A stretch of DNA of 63,057 bases, filler included, from Choristocarpus tenellus KU-1152 (GCA_964200185.2; 13 parts of 13 records of this genome joined end to end with filler, not necessarily neighbours in it); one strand, 5' to 3'. Shown: positions 38,301 to 61,930, counted from the first letter of the whole stretch. Notes: a model not told the origin generated them from the letters alone. A program made the numbers and translations.

Positions 38301-39203
38301 TATTGTTCCTAAGGTGGTACAAGTAGCTTCGCCCTCTGTGGCAATCGAGTTTTTTTTCACCAGCTTATCACTCCAGCTATATACAACGATGTATATATCA
38401 AATGAAAGGGTATGACAAGAGCTTTTGAAGGTTTGTATCCACGAATGTCCAGGCGTCGGGGAACGGGAGCTATATCCTGATCAAAGAATGGCAAAAACGC
38501 AGGGAAATATTGTTAATACATAGGCTACTCATCTGTTTGTTCCTTGATATGATACAGTTCCACCAGTCAACACTGACCGTTGATTGGCCTGTTACGGTCT
38601 GGATGTTACTATCATAAGTTCATCATCACCACATCGATTACCATCAGAGCACACCGCAGTACAGAACAGTCGCTCTGTGTTCCACACGCAAGAATAGTAT
38701 ACGTCACTTGAGTTCCATCACATATTGGTTCAAGTTTGATCTGTTGTTCCCTAGTTTGTCTTTCTTCACTCTTTCTTCTTCTTATCAGCAGAAGATGACA
38801 GTTGTACGTTGATTGTTGATTATTATTTATTTCATGACTGCCATGATCCCTCACAATGCACCAAGCTCACTCCGCAATACGTATACCTAATGCACACAGG
38901 GATGTAATATAATCAGAGTTAAACCATCCGCGGAAACCCTTGCAGTCAAGGTAACAAGCCTCTCCACAGAGCATGGACTTCTTTAGTTGAGTATCTCATG
39001 AAAGAACACTGAATTCACATCACATCATTCTTGACTGAGAGATCAATGACCTNNNNNNNNNNNNNNNNNNNNNNNNNNNNNNNNNNNNNNNNNNNNTTAA
39101 TTAATTAANNNNNNNNNNNNNNNNNNNNNNNNNNNNNNNNNNNNNNNNNNNNAAAAAAAAAAAAGAGAGAGGGGGGCTGTGGGTCATGGGGACGGGGGGG
39201 GTG

Positions 39204-39237
<34 letters not shown>

Positions 39238-39598
39238 ATGTTATGGGGATTTGAGGATTCGAACAAGAAAGCACTTTCGGAACTCTACTGGATAGTTTCG
39301 GGAGAAAATTAATTTGCAACTCAATACAAAAAAAAATCCATATTCTTAGTGAAAAACTAATGCTGTGATCTCAAGGTTTCATATGATATATGTCTACTCA
39401 TCAAGAGATGCTTTTTTTTTCATCCTTTGAAGCTCAGAGTGATCCATCTTTTGTGGAGAATTCTCCAGGCGTATCAAAGGTGAATTGAAAAAAAATAACC
39501 CGGAAAACACCCTGATCATGATTTTTTAATTATTTCCCATGGTTGGGGTTGTTCCTGTGTGTGTGTGTTTGACTCTTCTTCTGTCTCATTTGTATCAG

Positions 39599-39703
39599 GT
39601 GCTTGGCAAGGTTCCTGTTGCATCACAGACGGTAAAGTATCTCGATGACGACATGCGGATCATGGAAGACAAGGGAGGAGAGCTCTTTATCTACTGCAAG
39701 TGA
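39599..39703 (+). CDS. PAP/fibrillin-family protein, C-terminal exon
   Basis: Acceptor ...TGTATCAG, then VLGKVPVASQTVKYLDDDMRIMEDKGGELFIYCK*, matching the YLDxxxRIxxxxxGxLF end of PAP_fibrillin domains. It may instead splice at AA|GTGAGA. Confidence 0.68.
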   Translation: MLGKVPVASQTVKYLDDDMRIMEDKGGELFIYCK

Positions 39704-41179
39704 GAGGTTCAATATTCACAAGTAACAAAAAATATGAGAAAAACATGTCATGTCTTCTACTTCATAGAAACATACACATATATATACATATATTTGGCTC
39801 TAAGAAAAGACAATCAGCGCACATGCGACGAGATTACTCTCTTTGTAATGAATGCCTTTTTAACTCTCCCTTTCTCATGACTTCAAACTGTTCTCCTTCC
39901 CCTCTCCTGACTGAGCCTGCACATATTGCGGTATCTCGCTGATGCTGTCGCCGCCCTGCACACGCCTGTAATATCGTGTAAAACGTTTGATTCCCATGCT
40001 TTGCTGGTGGGTCCTTTGAGGTAGTACCAGGTGGTACATTATTTTATTTTAATCCAAGGGTGAACTGAGCAGTGAATAATCCTAAATAAATATTGTGCAC
40101 AATATATCCAGTGGTTCTGAGAAGAAACAGCAATCAGTGGAGTAAGGGGGAGCAAGCACGTAGTGTGTTGTGTGAAGATGTTGTGGTGTATCTTGATATG
40201 ACCATATTATCTCCTTCAATGTGTGTGGAATGGCCTCACGCTCCCCCCCCGCCCCAGCTCTTACTCCAGGCCTACCACTGCCTTTGAACTTGAACAGGCC
40301 CATTGGAAACGAAGATCTCTGAGACTGCTTCAAAAGATTAAAGAATGTGGTGGCAAAGTTTTGACCATGTTAAGAGGGATGACCGCCTAGTGCGCTCTTC
40401 ATGTGTAGTAGCTGTTTCCTGATTCCCCCCACCCCCCTGTTCCTCTGTGTGCTTGTCTGAAACGGAATGAGTATACAAGGAAGTCTTTTTTATTAGAAAA
40501 TTTTGCTATGTAGTGGGAGTGGTATGTTTTTTGTATTATGTGGCTGTCCTCCCCTGATGAGACAGAACAAAACCTTCAACCTTTCCCCCCCCCCCCTCAA
40601 TGGGTAGACCAAGCCCATGTTGTGAGGAAGATTTCCTGTAATTTTTTCCCTTTAGTTTGAATGTATGTGTTCATTACAAGAACCTCCATTCAATTAAAAA
40701 GTATATTGTTGGTGCAGGTCGTTTCCCAAATCCTCTTCCATGAAAAGGAAAGTGTGCAGCATTGTGTGGAGAAAGAAAAGGTCTTGCTTTAGTGACTGCA
40801 GAAGCGATGATGTGTATGTGTTTTGTGTTTATATATGTAAGGGACTGCCCCATATCTATGGAACTGGTCTCTCGAAGAGACTCAATTGGTTCATTCTCAC
40901 AGAAGATCATCCACCGGAATCATGGATTCTTGACAAGGAACCTCAATCTTATAATGGTATATCGCATACAGCAATAATGATAATATTAATAGACAAACCT
41001 GCTTTCCACCGTTGTCGCAAATGTGAAAGATAATTTCCTTTGAATTGGCGACAATACCAATATTAGGATGGAGTCTTACATTCTTTTTTGAGGGAAGGCA
41101 GTTACAGCCAGCTATTCACGCGCATTTTGCTCTTCTATTGATATTAATGGAGGTGACAGTACGGGAGTCACTGACTTCT

Positions 41180-42241
41180 TTCAAGGGGTGTGTGACAACG
41201 GGTCTCTCCGCCTGGAAACATGCCAACAAGTACAGGCACAGATGCCCACAAGTTCGGGGGGGTTGGGCGTTTCCCCTATGAAGCATTGGCAGCTTGCAGC
41301 CTTTGTAGGATCACTGGTGGCCACTCTCTCCACCCTCTTAGCAAGGAAACATGGGCCTCATGGAGAGTCTTTCTCACTAGCCATCTGTACCAGCCACAGA
41401 GTAAGGGCCTTGGTATCATCCATCCACACCCTCCTCTCTATAGGAGTCCCATCAGAAGACTTGGCGAAAATTATTGACCAAGGCTGGGTAGCCTGGGGGG
41501 GAAGAACAACCCCCGTACCTGCCCCAGAGATCCGCACTCTGGCAGCCCATGATGGCAGGATCACAAGGAGGGCACAACACGAGATCACCCGCCTCTTGAA
41601 CAGCATCCGCTTTGACTCTTTCCGGACGCAATTGACCGACTTACCTGATGAAGCAGAACAAGGGAAAGAAAGTTCCTCACTGACCCTGGCCCGCCACTGG
41701 AGCCAATGTGGACAAGGGGTGAATGCATGGGCCTCCGCACATCTCCTGGAACCAGCATGCCAGATCCCTCCCATAGAGTTTAGACTTACCACCAGTAAAT
41801 CCCTAGGGGGAGAGGAGGCCCTATCGAACAGGTGCACAGTGTCTGGGTGCAGGATGCCAAACGTCGACACTAGACATGCTCATACCTGCCCTAGAGCAGG
41901 AGGACAGGTCGCCCAACACACACCAATGGTGAAGCGTCGAGGTCAACTCTGCAAAGGAATGGGCATCCCTTACTCTATGGAGGACGGTAGCTCATTTACA
42001 GTGGACCCGAATTTCCATATGGATCTGGTCTTCCATGCTGGGGCACTTGCGGACACCGGATTAGCTTCCACGAGACAAAGGCCTCCTCCTAGATGTTACG
42101 TTTGCAGAAGTGCAAGCCACCTCCCATCTGCCCTACTCATCCACCAGCAATGGTGTAGCTGCTGCTGCAGCTGAGGTGCGACAGCGCACCCACTACGAAT
42201 GTTCTTTTGACCCTCGCTGTTATCACCTCAACACCTTCGTG
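41180..42241 (+). mobile_element. CRE-like non-LTR retrotransposon, longest fragment (RT thumb, zinc knuckle, restriction-like endonuclease), frameshifted
   Basis: ORF 41188..42174 has GGLG, AAFVGSL, CTVSGC...DTRHAHTC, HTPMV, HMDLV. After a frameshift at ~42070 it continues RDKGLLLDVTFAEV...AEVRQRTHY...NTFV. Confidence 0.85.
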
Positions 42242-42735
42242 TACATGACTGGTTAACGTGGTATGGTGTTGTGCGGTGAGCTGATGGCTGCTGATGCCAG
42301 AAATGATGTGATAGATGGAAATAAGGGGGTAATGTTGGATAGGAAGTCACTTGGGGTGGGTAATACCATGGGATCGGTCATGTTGGCAGTGCAGCCTGAG
42401 TCAATGACGAAGAAGGTGGTGGTCCCATGTGCATGATTGTGTAGGGCCCTTGCGGTAAATACGGTGAAGAGTTACGAGTAATGTCTGTAGGAGTCCTGAC
42501 CCCACCCATTAGGCAGGGCTGGTGAGGTAAGCACGGAGATGGCAGAGCGGGCTGAGACAGGAGCAGGTGGGTAAATCGGAGGGGTGGGTAAATCGGAGGG
42601 GGGTCGGATGGGAAGGGGACTGATGGTGCTGGGCGTAGCATTCTTGATCAGAGTGTGGGGACAAGTAGAGAGTAGTGATCACAGATGGGGGAGGGTAGAG
42701 CAGAGCGACATGCAGGGTAGTGTCCAGGAGGATAA

Positions 42736-42994
42736 GAGTCAAAGTATCTTGGAGGGTAGAGCCGTGTCCGTTTGGCAACCAAAATCTAATGTTGAATTTT
42801 TGATGTAATTTTGACTATCGTGGTTGTTAGGAAGTGTTCATATCCTTGTTCCAGACACACCTTTTCATAACATACACATATTACCTACTCCAAAATGTTT
42901 TGGAGCAGGTAATATGTCATTAAAAACCCGTGGGAAGCCATGCCCCAAGTGGACAAACCGGGCAAAATTCCTACTCTCTAAGATACTTTCACTC
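42736..42994. mobile_element. MITE family A copy 6
   Basis: GAGTCAAAGTATCTTGGAGGGTA ... TACTCTCTAAGATACTTTCACTC, flanks ATAA/ATGA. Confidence 0.88.
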
Positions 42995-43019
42995 ATGATG
43001 ACCAGGTTGACAGCAGAGA

Positions 43020-43857
43020 TGACAGGATCGGGCCTTGGCAGCTAGGGCCATGTTGTGTGTCCCGTCAAGGGCGGTATCTGGTAGATTGAGGTTCTTGTAG
43101 ATAGCGTGTATAACAAAAATAAGAGAAGTGGTAGTGAGTCTGAGTTGAACTGAAGTTGATTCTGAAGGGTATCTTAGTCAGTAGACAGGCCAGTGAGAGG
43201 GCAGTATGTAGGTGGAAAATGCTGATAGTTTCACTGAACCCTTCTAGTTCGACTTTGGCACAGGAGAGGTCAAGAAATAGTTGACCATTGGTCAAGGGTC
43301 CTCCCCAGTAACCATGGTGGAATGCTCAAAATGCAAATTGATCACCCTCATTCATTCTTCCGTGATTGTCTCATATTTTTACCTTGAAAGTTTACCATTA
43401 GGCCGTCATTGAGGATTGATTGTTCATGTTGCTGGAGGCCATGGAGAAGATGTTTTGCAGGGTCCCAGTAGGTGGCGAGCAGAATGCTGAAGGGTTGACC
43501 ATTGTCCTCAGCGTAGGTGTGTGGGCCAGGACTAGGAGAAAACGAAGTAGTTGGGAGTGAGAATCGATTGTCAATGGAGACGATGAACTGGTGCCAGGTA
43601 GAGATGAGAGATAAGGAGAAGCCAAGAGCTGGGATGAATCAGGAGGATATGATGATCCTGAGGAGCTCAGGGGTCTCTTAAATTTCAACACTAAACAAGA
43701 TATTTGTTAGTAGTCAAGCAATAGTTCTACAAACACGGAGAGCAATCAGGCCTGGCTACGATGGTAGCAGGACTACTCTAAGGGCTAGTGTTACAGGCAA
43801 GTAGCGCGAGTATTTCTTCCCGTGCTTTAACTGGCACGAGAAGTAGACGCGCGTGGG
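43020..43857 (+). mobile_element. Probable 3' end of a gypsy-like LTR element with the start of its LTR (43789-43857)
   Basis: Decayed chromodomain-like WE*ESIV...GYDDPEE, followed by LTR start TGTTACAGGC, homologous to 36110-36180. Confidence 0.4.
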
Positions 43858-43957
43858 NNNNNNNNNNNNNNNNNNNNNNNNNNNNNNNNNNNNNNNNNNN
43901 NTTAATTAATTAANNNNNNNNNNNNNNNNNNNNNNNNNNNNNNNNNNNNNNNNNNNN

Positions 43958-44100
43958 GGGGGGGTTAGTGAGGGGGCGTCCGTTTCGGTCAAACAACTTT
44001 TTTTTTTGCTGACTTTTCAAATCCGACACGTGCAACCGAATCAAACCAAAAAAGTGAAAAATGGACGCCGATACCCCCCACCCCCCAGATACTTTGACCC
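43958..44100. mobile_element. Poly-G MITE relative (family C), right part
   Basis: GGGGCGTCCGTTTCGGTCAAAC...CCCCCAGATACTTTGACCC, matching 9856-9926 and 15751-15890. Confidence 0.82.
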
Positions 44101-45695
44101 AGGAGAAAAATGCGACTTTCCATTTTCTCCAACAATATGTTGTCCTCCAATTTGGAGAGTACACTGCATTTTGTCAAGGGAAAGAGTTGGAGAAAACTGA
44201 AATGGAAGCATCAGCACCTCTGGACAACACTGGAACGCCTTAAAGTGTGGGAAGCCATTTGTGTGTATTATTTGTACTTAAAGCAATTCAAAATAACTGA
44301 CTGCTGATACTTTAATCAAACATGAAAAGATTCACATCAGCTCTTTCATATGTAGCACAACCACGGAAAAATACCATCTCCCCCTTCACTTGACAGTCCA
44401 GAAATAAAGTGATGGCCTTTTGTACTGTTGCCTTTGTCATTGCTATTAGTAGGAGCAACAAGACTTTCCCCCCACATCTGTGGAGTCTCCGCCATTTTCC
44501 TCTAGAGTTTTTCTTACCGTCTTCTGGGGACCTCCAAGCGTATGTGAAGGACTGTTGCAATACTGTGCAAATACTCCAAGACTGAGATGTGACTGCATTA
44601 CTTATTAATAGTGGGGGGCTTGCAAGAATGCAGTGGCAGCTGGGGGTTCCTCATACAGAGCACTTTTGAGCAGCTTTAGCAGTGCCTGTTTCTTCTCCTG
44701 AGTTTTATCTCTACAACCAGCAGTCGAATCTCCTCCTTACAGTCTCTGATCCTAATTGAGTGTGCCTCCCTATCTTGGAGTTTCCACATCTCCTCTTTCA
44801 GACGAACAACCTCCTAGAGGGATATCACCATCGATTTTCGAATGACAGACTTCACATTGACACTGGGATCACTAGCACTAATCCCACCACCGTCTCCACA
44901 TTTTAGCTCAGCTTCTTGAGCCCTGATTTTTTTCCGCTCAGGTCTACCCTTGAATACTAAATTGAGTCTGACAGTGTGTCTCTGTTGCTGACGCCAGATG
45001 AGTTACTTTCCTTGCCAATGCTTTCTAGCCTAAGCCTAATGTCTTAGTCTCCTTCCTCTTCCTACGAGTTGGGACAGGGTAAGGTCATTACTCATGGGTG
45101 CATTCATGAGGAATGTCATTACACATCGGATATTTTAGTAATAAATTGAGGAAAATGGAGTGTAATGCCTTCCCCGGTGTGCGAAACCGAATCCGTTTCA
45201 CGGCTGGCCCACTCTAAACTCCAAACAGCACCCAACCAAACAAAGTGAACAGCCACTTGATGACTGAGGTTTTGATCATTTCTTCCATTTAGTTCGCCTC
45301 TGCTTTCTTGTTGCCATAGCCTCTTTAAAGCCACGTTCTATTCCGTATCTTGGGTCTAATTTTCGATTCCTAACTGTGGGGTGTCCAAGCTATTCAGTCA
45401 TATGACGGTGAGGAAGCGAGAGAGCGAAGCTTAGATCGGTGCCAATTTAGTACGAAACCAACGATCTGTTATCTATTTCTCGTATTCGAGTGTTTGTGGA
45501 AGTTCTTGGCTTCATCTTCGACTCTGCCTGATTGAGCAGTGTCACCCCATCTGACCTTACTGTATCCTTAGTGCTCCTGAGCACATCTACCCAATCAATC
45601 AACACTGAGTGTAATCACGAATCTGAATTCAACTGGAGAATCGTTCATCAATCAGAATGCTCGTGGGAATTCATCTCCCTTCCAGCGCCCTCTAG

Positions 45696-55675
<9,980 letters not shown>

Positions 55676-56219
55676 GTGGGAGTTCTTGAGTCAAGGATTG
55701 ATTGCACTGTTAGTGTTGAATTGTTGTTTTGAAGTACATTGTAGGCCATGCGAAATGTGTAGACTTGCATATTTTCATGCTTACAATCAATTTCGCAGTA
55801 CCACTTGAGATACCCATATGCCATCTGGCAGTTTCCTTTGCTTTTAAGAGGGCACTCGTTTTTGAAAACTTCTTGTCTGTGAGAGATGAGTCTGTTGTGT
55901 CTGCTGAGATCAAGCTTCCACGTCGCCAAGGATTCATATCATGTTTTCGTCCTCACTCAAACTATGCTCTTTGAGGAGGGTGAACTGTGGGTCAAAGTAT
56001 CTGGGGGGGNNNNNNNNNNNNNNNNNNNNNNNNNNNNNNNNNNNNNNNNNNNNTTAATTAATTAANNNNNNNNNNNNNNNNNNNNNNNNNNNNNNNNNNN
56101 NNNNNNNNNAGTACAACGACATAGGCATGGAAGGGGGACCACCCCCACGGAGAGATCAAATCCACAGTAGGGCATTTCGCCTTCTTTCTGGCAGATCGAG
56201 CCCCTTCCTTGTGGGTAAA

Positions 56220-56480
56220 GAGTTAAAGTATCTTAGAGAGAAGAACCGCGTCTGTTTGGGGACCAAAATCCAATGTTGCGATTTTTATGCAGTTTTGCCT
56301 ATCGTGTTTGTTAGGAAGTATCAATATCCTTCTTGTGGACACACCTTTTCATAGTTTAAAACATGAAACCTAATCCGAAATTTCGGAGTAGGTGAAATGT
56401 CATTAAAAAAACCCCGTGGGAAGCCAAGTCCCAAACGGACAAACAGGGCAAAACTCGTACCCTCTAAGATATGTTCACTC
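56220..56480. mobile_element. MITE family A copy 7
   Basis: GAGTTAAAGTATCTTAGAG ... TACCCTCTAAGATATGTTCACTC, flanks AAA/AAT. Confidence 0.87.
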
Positions 56481-59400
56481 AATATCACATATGTACGCCA
56501 GGCACAAGGTGTGGAGGAACGGCAAACACAGGAGAAGTGGGGCAAACACAGGAGAAGTGGGGCAAGTTCGCTGGTAGAGCCGTGGTCTTGCCATAATTCG
56601 TGCCACCACTGCCTCCGTGGATCTCAACATCTATGGTAAAGGCATCCTTACGAAGGAATTAGCTCAGGAAAGTGAAGGTCGTCATTGGCTGGTTGTGGAT
56701 CAAAGCTGGGAACCGCTGTTAGGGGTGGTGGTGACCTGCTCTGCCTTAATTGGACACAGCAAAAAGATCCCATGGAAGGTATTAGGAGCCTTGGTCAAAG
56801 CTAGAGGCAATACAGAACAGTAGTGTGCCACCGATGGGGCAGGCAGCCTGGGTGCCAATGATGAAGGCTGACCTGCGAGTAAGGGGAGGTACTACTTACT
56901 GTAGGACAGTAGGTTAGGTATTCAGATGGCAGAGAAGGTACCAGTCACCATGTATGAGGTAAGTAAAAAAAATGGTGCCATTCGTTCTGGGGGATAATTC
57001 CGCGCTTCAAGTCTTGTTTGAAGTTTTACCATGCGTCCAATTGAAAACCGGGTTCAAGCAATGGGAAAGGAGTGGTGGGCCTGTGTTGGGGTTGGAGGTG
57101 ATTCCTTTTCACAACTACATGATGATGCCTCGGGTTCTATTTTTTTCTCTTTCTTTGCGAAATGAGTATACTTTCTGTGTGTAGCTATTAACTCAAGTAA
57201 GTGTGTCACGCGATGAACAAGGATGATTAAATGGCACAGTATTTATTCATGGTCGTTGCCATCGGCCTGCTTGTTTGTGTTTATTATTGCTGTTGGACTT
57301 CATTGTATTTTGCCACAGAATATACGTAGTCTCTAGCTCTAAATAACAATATTTTCGTTTGTTGTCATGAATCCCTACCTATATTATTATGTGTAAACGC
57401 GCTTGCTGAACCTACCTATAGTACAGATTTCTGTACTCGTGGTGGTGCTGAACTTAGCATGGTCTTCAAAAGGAACCTATCCATTAGTTATAAATAGGAC
57501 CCTGGGGACACGGCGAACGATGTGAACGCATGCCACATTGAACAATTGCCCCCCCTTCGACTGACGTTCCCATAGCGCAGAGAATTAGGCCACTGAATAT
57601 TTTTCATGAAGAATATACTTGTGCATTTTGGTGTGGGAAAAAATGACTCACCATCGTAAAAAAGAAACATCCTAAATAACTAGAGTTTATGCTGTTGCTT
57701 GATGATTCAATAGAAACCTACCCCCTCTAGGATACTTCGGTTAGTTTTTGCTATTTTTTGTTCTTTCAAGTTTCAACTGCTAACAACATTTGTTCCATAG
57801 TGGTGTCTTTCTTTTTTTTTCGTGCCTTCAACGTTTTTAAACAGAACCATATTAAGCCGGGAGGGTGCCAACTAATCCGAAAATTCTGGTGGAGCAGTGT
57901 AATGCTATGTATCTGCCTCGAATGGTACAACGAACATCCTTCATGTATACAGTCAACAGTTTCAAGCTTAATCATACCATAATGCTGACCAAACCAGAAC
58001 TCCATTTAAAACACTAGCCTTGAAGTACTGGTCTCTCTCTTTTTTGCATGTAAGTCTTTTGGCATTTCTGGCACCAAATGGAGCACAGATAGTGGGTTGG
58101 ACTCATTAGAGGGTTTTGTAATACTGTTCCTATATTAGTAGTGGTAATCTTTGTTTGGGAGAAGGAATGTTTCTTAGGGATATTTATATTCTCGAAGTTT
58201 GAGCTAGTTAATGAACTGCTAATATTATTGTCAGTTATTGAAATTAGATGCAAAACCCAACAATTGACTAGGTTGGCAGGTTTTGATTGTGCTCTATTGA
58301 CAGTTGCATGTAATTGTGATGTGATTGTGATGTAGATATCTATAAGCAGAAGAAAGCATTACCCATGTACAGGTCTCCGAGTGTGCTTGTTGGTTTATTT
58401 TTTGTGTTGTTTCACAGCGCTTTGTCTTAGAGGGTACTTGTTCTATGATGTCACCCCTCAAAATTAGCAGTATTTAGCAATAACATGAGGGGAAAATAGG
58501 GCCATTTTTGGCACAGTTTGTGCTTGAAATACCACTGAACACTTCAAGAAAGCAAAAGGGGCGTAACTTGTCTTTATCCCCGTCCTACTGGGCATTAAGA
58601 GCATGTGATAACAACAGTCTCATGAAGATGGAACACAATATATGCTGCTTGTTGTTAAGACAAAAACTTCCTTTCCTATTTTGGTCGCAAGTGTCAAAAA
58701 CAGGACAAGGGGATGAAATTATAGAGCCGCACAGACTGACCAAGACCCTCATACCAAGCGGAAACTCCACCTACCCACAATCATACAACAACAACGCCAA
58801 CAAGGTTTAGGTGAGGGTAACGCACAGGCGACAGCTTCGCGTTCCTGATATATATAATATCTGTTTCCCTCTCACATCTATTGTCTAGAAAGTATCGAGT
58901 ATTCAGAACTTGAGAAACACCAGTCAGTACAATAGAGGGTTGAAAAAGAATATACCTTTCCCATCTACTTATGTTTACTACCCTACCAAAAAAAAAAAAG
59001 GTACAACATTTCACACTTTTTGTCTACGTGCTGAGGGCGCAGTCTCAGGCGAGCAAACCAGGCTGTCGATTCAATTCTAGGATACACAGGGGATTCAAAA
59101 CAAAAAAAAACACGAGTACATGAAAAATCCAAGAAAAGTAATCAACCAAAAAAAAAATGGACATACCAAAAACAGCCAAACAAAACAAGAGAAGGATCAT
59201 GCATATGCATGCCCTGCAGTATAACACAGGGATAGGCCTAACCCTAACCCTCAAAAAAAGGCAACACATCGCTTCGGAAAACAGACAAAATCTGCAAGGA
59301 AAGGTCTTCCCAACTCCTTGAATCTTCCCGAACACTGAGAACATAGTCATCTTGCATCATAGAGAGGACACTACACAAGCAACTATACAGACGGCAACCT

Positions 59401-59669
59401 TTCCCAACAATAGACAAGCGTACAACAAGATATCCCCAAGGCACTAACCTATGGAGTGTATAGTTCATTTCCTCACCACGCACAATATTCACCACCTTCA
59501 CCACCAACTTCACCACAGTATCTTCCATTCTGAGCACCATCTCATCTCAGATAGTATCTCCTCTCTTTCCATATCCATTGACACACAACAAAGGGACAAT
59601 AGGTACTTGGGCTACGATTGGCAACCTCCCCCCCCCCCCCCCACACTTTTTGAGAGAAGACTGCATGAC

Positions 59670-59789
59670 TCAAGTGTGTGCTTTATCTACGAGGATGCAC
59701 ATAGCTTCGTACATCAAGTCTGCATCTTCCTCCCTAGACACCTCAAAGCCTACCTTCTCACCCCCGGCTGATATCCAAACGATAGTTTT
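59670..59789 (-). CDS. Probable terminal exon of an unidentified gene (resembles the end of a PH-like domain)
   Basis: Acceptor TTATTTCACAG, then KTIVWISAGGEKVGFEVSREEDADLMYEAMCILVDKAHT*. Strand-strand-helix pattern; the fold assignment is inference. Confidence 0.5.
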   Translation of the reverse strand, partial: KTIVWISAGGEKVGFEVSREEDADLMYEAMCILVDKAHT

Positions 59790-60102
59790 CTGTGAAATAA
59801 AAGACCAAAAAAGACATTGGGTGGGAGGGAGGGGGGTGGGGGGGGGGGGAGTTCAAGAGGTGGGGGTGAAGGGGATCGGGGTAAAATTTATAATGGAGGA
59901 ATTAGGGGAGGTTAGGGGNNNNNNNNNNNNNNNNNNNNNNNNNNNNNNNNNNNNNNNNNNNNTTAATTAATTAANNNNNNNNNNNNNNNNNNNNNNNNNN
60001 NNNNNNNNNNNNNNNNNNCCCTTCCGCTTTCCCCCTCATAATTATCACACCCATGCAACTGATGGGATTCATGTTCTTCATGGATGTATTGCTTGAAACA
60101 AG

Positions 60103-61827
60103 GATGGATGATGTGGAATTGGATGGCAGCAGGACTCTCTGTGGAGGGATCAACCATCGTCACTTTTGATGGATCGCCTGGGTTTCCCGACCTTGGGTTG
60201 CTGTGGAGGCTTGCAGGTCAGGAGGGGGTGACACATCTTGGAGCCAGCCCCAAGTGAGTTTTTGTTTTGGAGCCAATCCTTACATTTAAAAGAGATAGGG
60301 AGGAGTTGTTTTTTGGGGGGAAGGGGGGGAGGTATGGGGGGTTAGATTGAAAGTTTCGATTTTGACATGTTTAGCAATGGGCAGGATCATCTTCAAACCT
60401 CTGCAATAAGAGATACATATATATACATAGATACATATGTATGTACTAGTATGTATTTGTTTTTTCTGTTGATCAATGATGCCTTTCTAGTAGTACAACT
60501 AACTCTATGACAAGGATTGAGTAGAACAATACATACGCAGCACATCTGTTTCGTCACGAAGATGTTATACCCTTCCATATCCCCCCCCCAACAGTGATTT
60601 TTTTAATAGCACACATGATACAACATACCTTGCACGACACTTGGTACTAATTTTTTACAAGCACTTTATTATTTTTTGTATCATTGTAATCCACGCTTCC
60701 TCCCTCTCTTTTCATTTTTTTCATTTTTTTCATTTTTTTCATTTTTTTTCATTTTTTTCTTCCTTTGTGATACGGTGTCGTTTCTGTTTCCCGGAAGGTT
60801 CTTTGATGCCTGTCGGCGGAAGGGGGTGACCCCCTCATCTCCCAGCTCTGACATACACCTTGCTGACCTTAGGGTGTTGCTCTCAACCGGTGCGCCTCTC
60901 CTCCCCGAACACTTCGAGTGGGTGTACAAGGTGAACCTTGAATAGAACCGGACCGAGATGAATTGACTGAGATTAATTGTGACGCATGTCCCTATCTGTC
61001 AGCGGAAGAGTGGGGCTTGGGGTAAGAGCAGCTTAGCCTACCTTAGATTTTCGAGGTTGTGTTGTTGTGTGTGTGATTGGGACAGTCGACGAAGTGTTGT
61101 TGGTTTGAACTTTGCCAAAGGTGTTCTGTGTTGCACCACACAAGGATATTGTCATGGGTGAAGGGGGAGGCTTGGGTGTTATCAAGTTTCTTTTGGGGAT
61201 CTTTAGGTGAAGGTACTCAAAATGGCATTGACCATTTTGAAGGGTAACACTGGATTGTTTTGTTGCAGCATTTTAGTCATCAATCAATCAATCAATCAAT
61301 CAATATATATTTTAGTCGTTGTTCTGACAGTCCCATGTTGTCCTGGCATCTCTAATAGTGCACATTCCGTAGTCAAAGTCACCCCAGTCCATGCCCCTTT
61401 AAGAGGACACTCTACTACACATCCCATCAGACAACTTCCAAACACACACAAACAACAATAAGTGCTTTGGATTTAGTATTTCTTAGTAGTTGGAGTAACA
61501 ACAACATCCTGCAGTACATAACAAGTTGGTTAATAATCTATCCTCCATGTCTGATATTGGAGAGTCCTTGCGCTCGTTGGTCACCTCACCAGTACAGGCT
61601 GTGAAAACAGATCTTCATCTCGCCTCCATATCTGGAGGAACAGACATCCTTGGTTGCTTTGCCCTGGGCAACCCTAACCTTCCCGTCAGGTCCGGAGAGT
61701 TGCAATGCGTTGGCTTGGGCATGGACGTGTGTGCCTTCCATCCAGGGGTAGAGGATGTTGATAAGGAGGGGAAGACTGGGCAGGGGCAAGTGGCCGAGGT
61801 GGGGGAGACTGGGGAGCTTGTGTGCAG
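60103..61827 (+). CDS. AACS: Acetoacetyl-CoA synthetase, three internal exons (60103-60253, 60798-60930, 61598-61827)
   Basis: GWMMWNWM...FDGSPGFPD...THLGASPK|FFDAC...LLSTGAPL...WVYK|AVKTDLHLASISGGTDILGCF...GELQC.GLGM...GELVC. GWMMWNW and SISGGTD are diagnostic. GT-AG junctions are frame-consistent. Confidence 0.92.
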
Positions 61828-61899
61828 GTGATTTTTGATGCTTTGGAGGTGCTTTTCGGTGTTCGCTTTGCGTAACACAGACTTTGCTCACAACTTAAA

Positions 61900-61930
61900 C
61901 CCTAACCCTAACCCTAACCCTAACCCTAAC
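61900..61930. repeat. Interstitial telomere-like (CCCTAA)5
   Basis: Five perfect units within an AACS intron. Confidence 0.9.

Noticed and set aside
44560-45340. Possible divergent gene upstream of RUVBL2 (coiled-coil-like EVVRLKEEMWKLQDRE)
   Set aside because: No consistent exon chain or recognisable homology.
57766-58005. CIHEGC resembling an EsV-1-7 cysteine repeat
   Set aside because: Single weak match without the rest of the repeat pattern.
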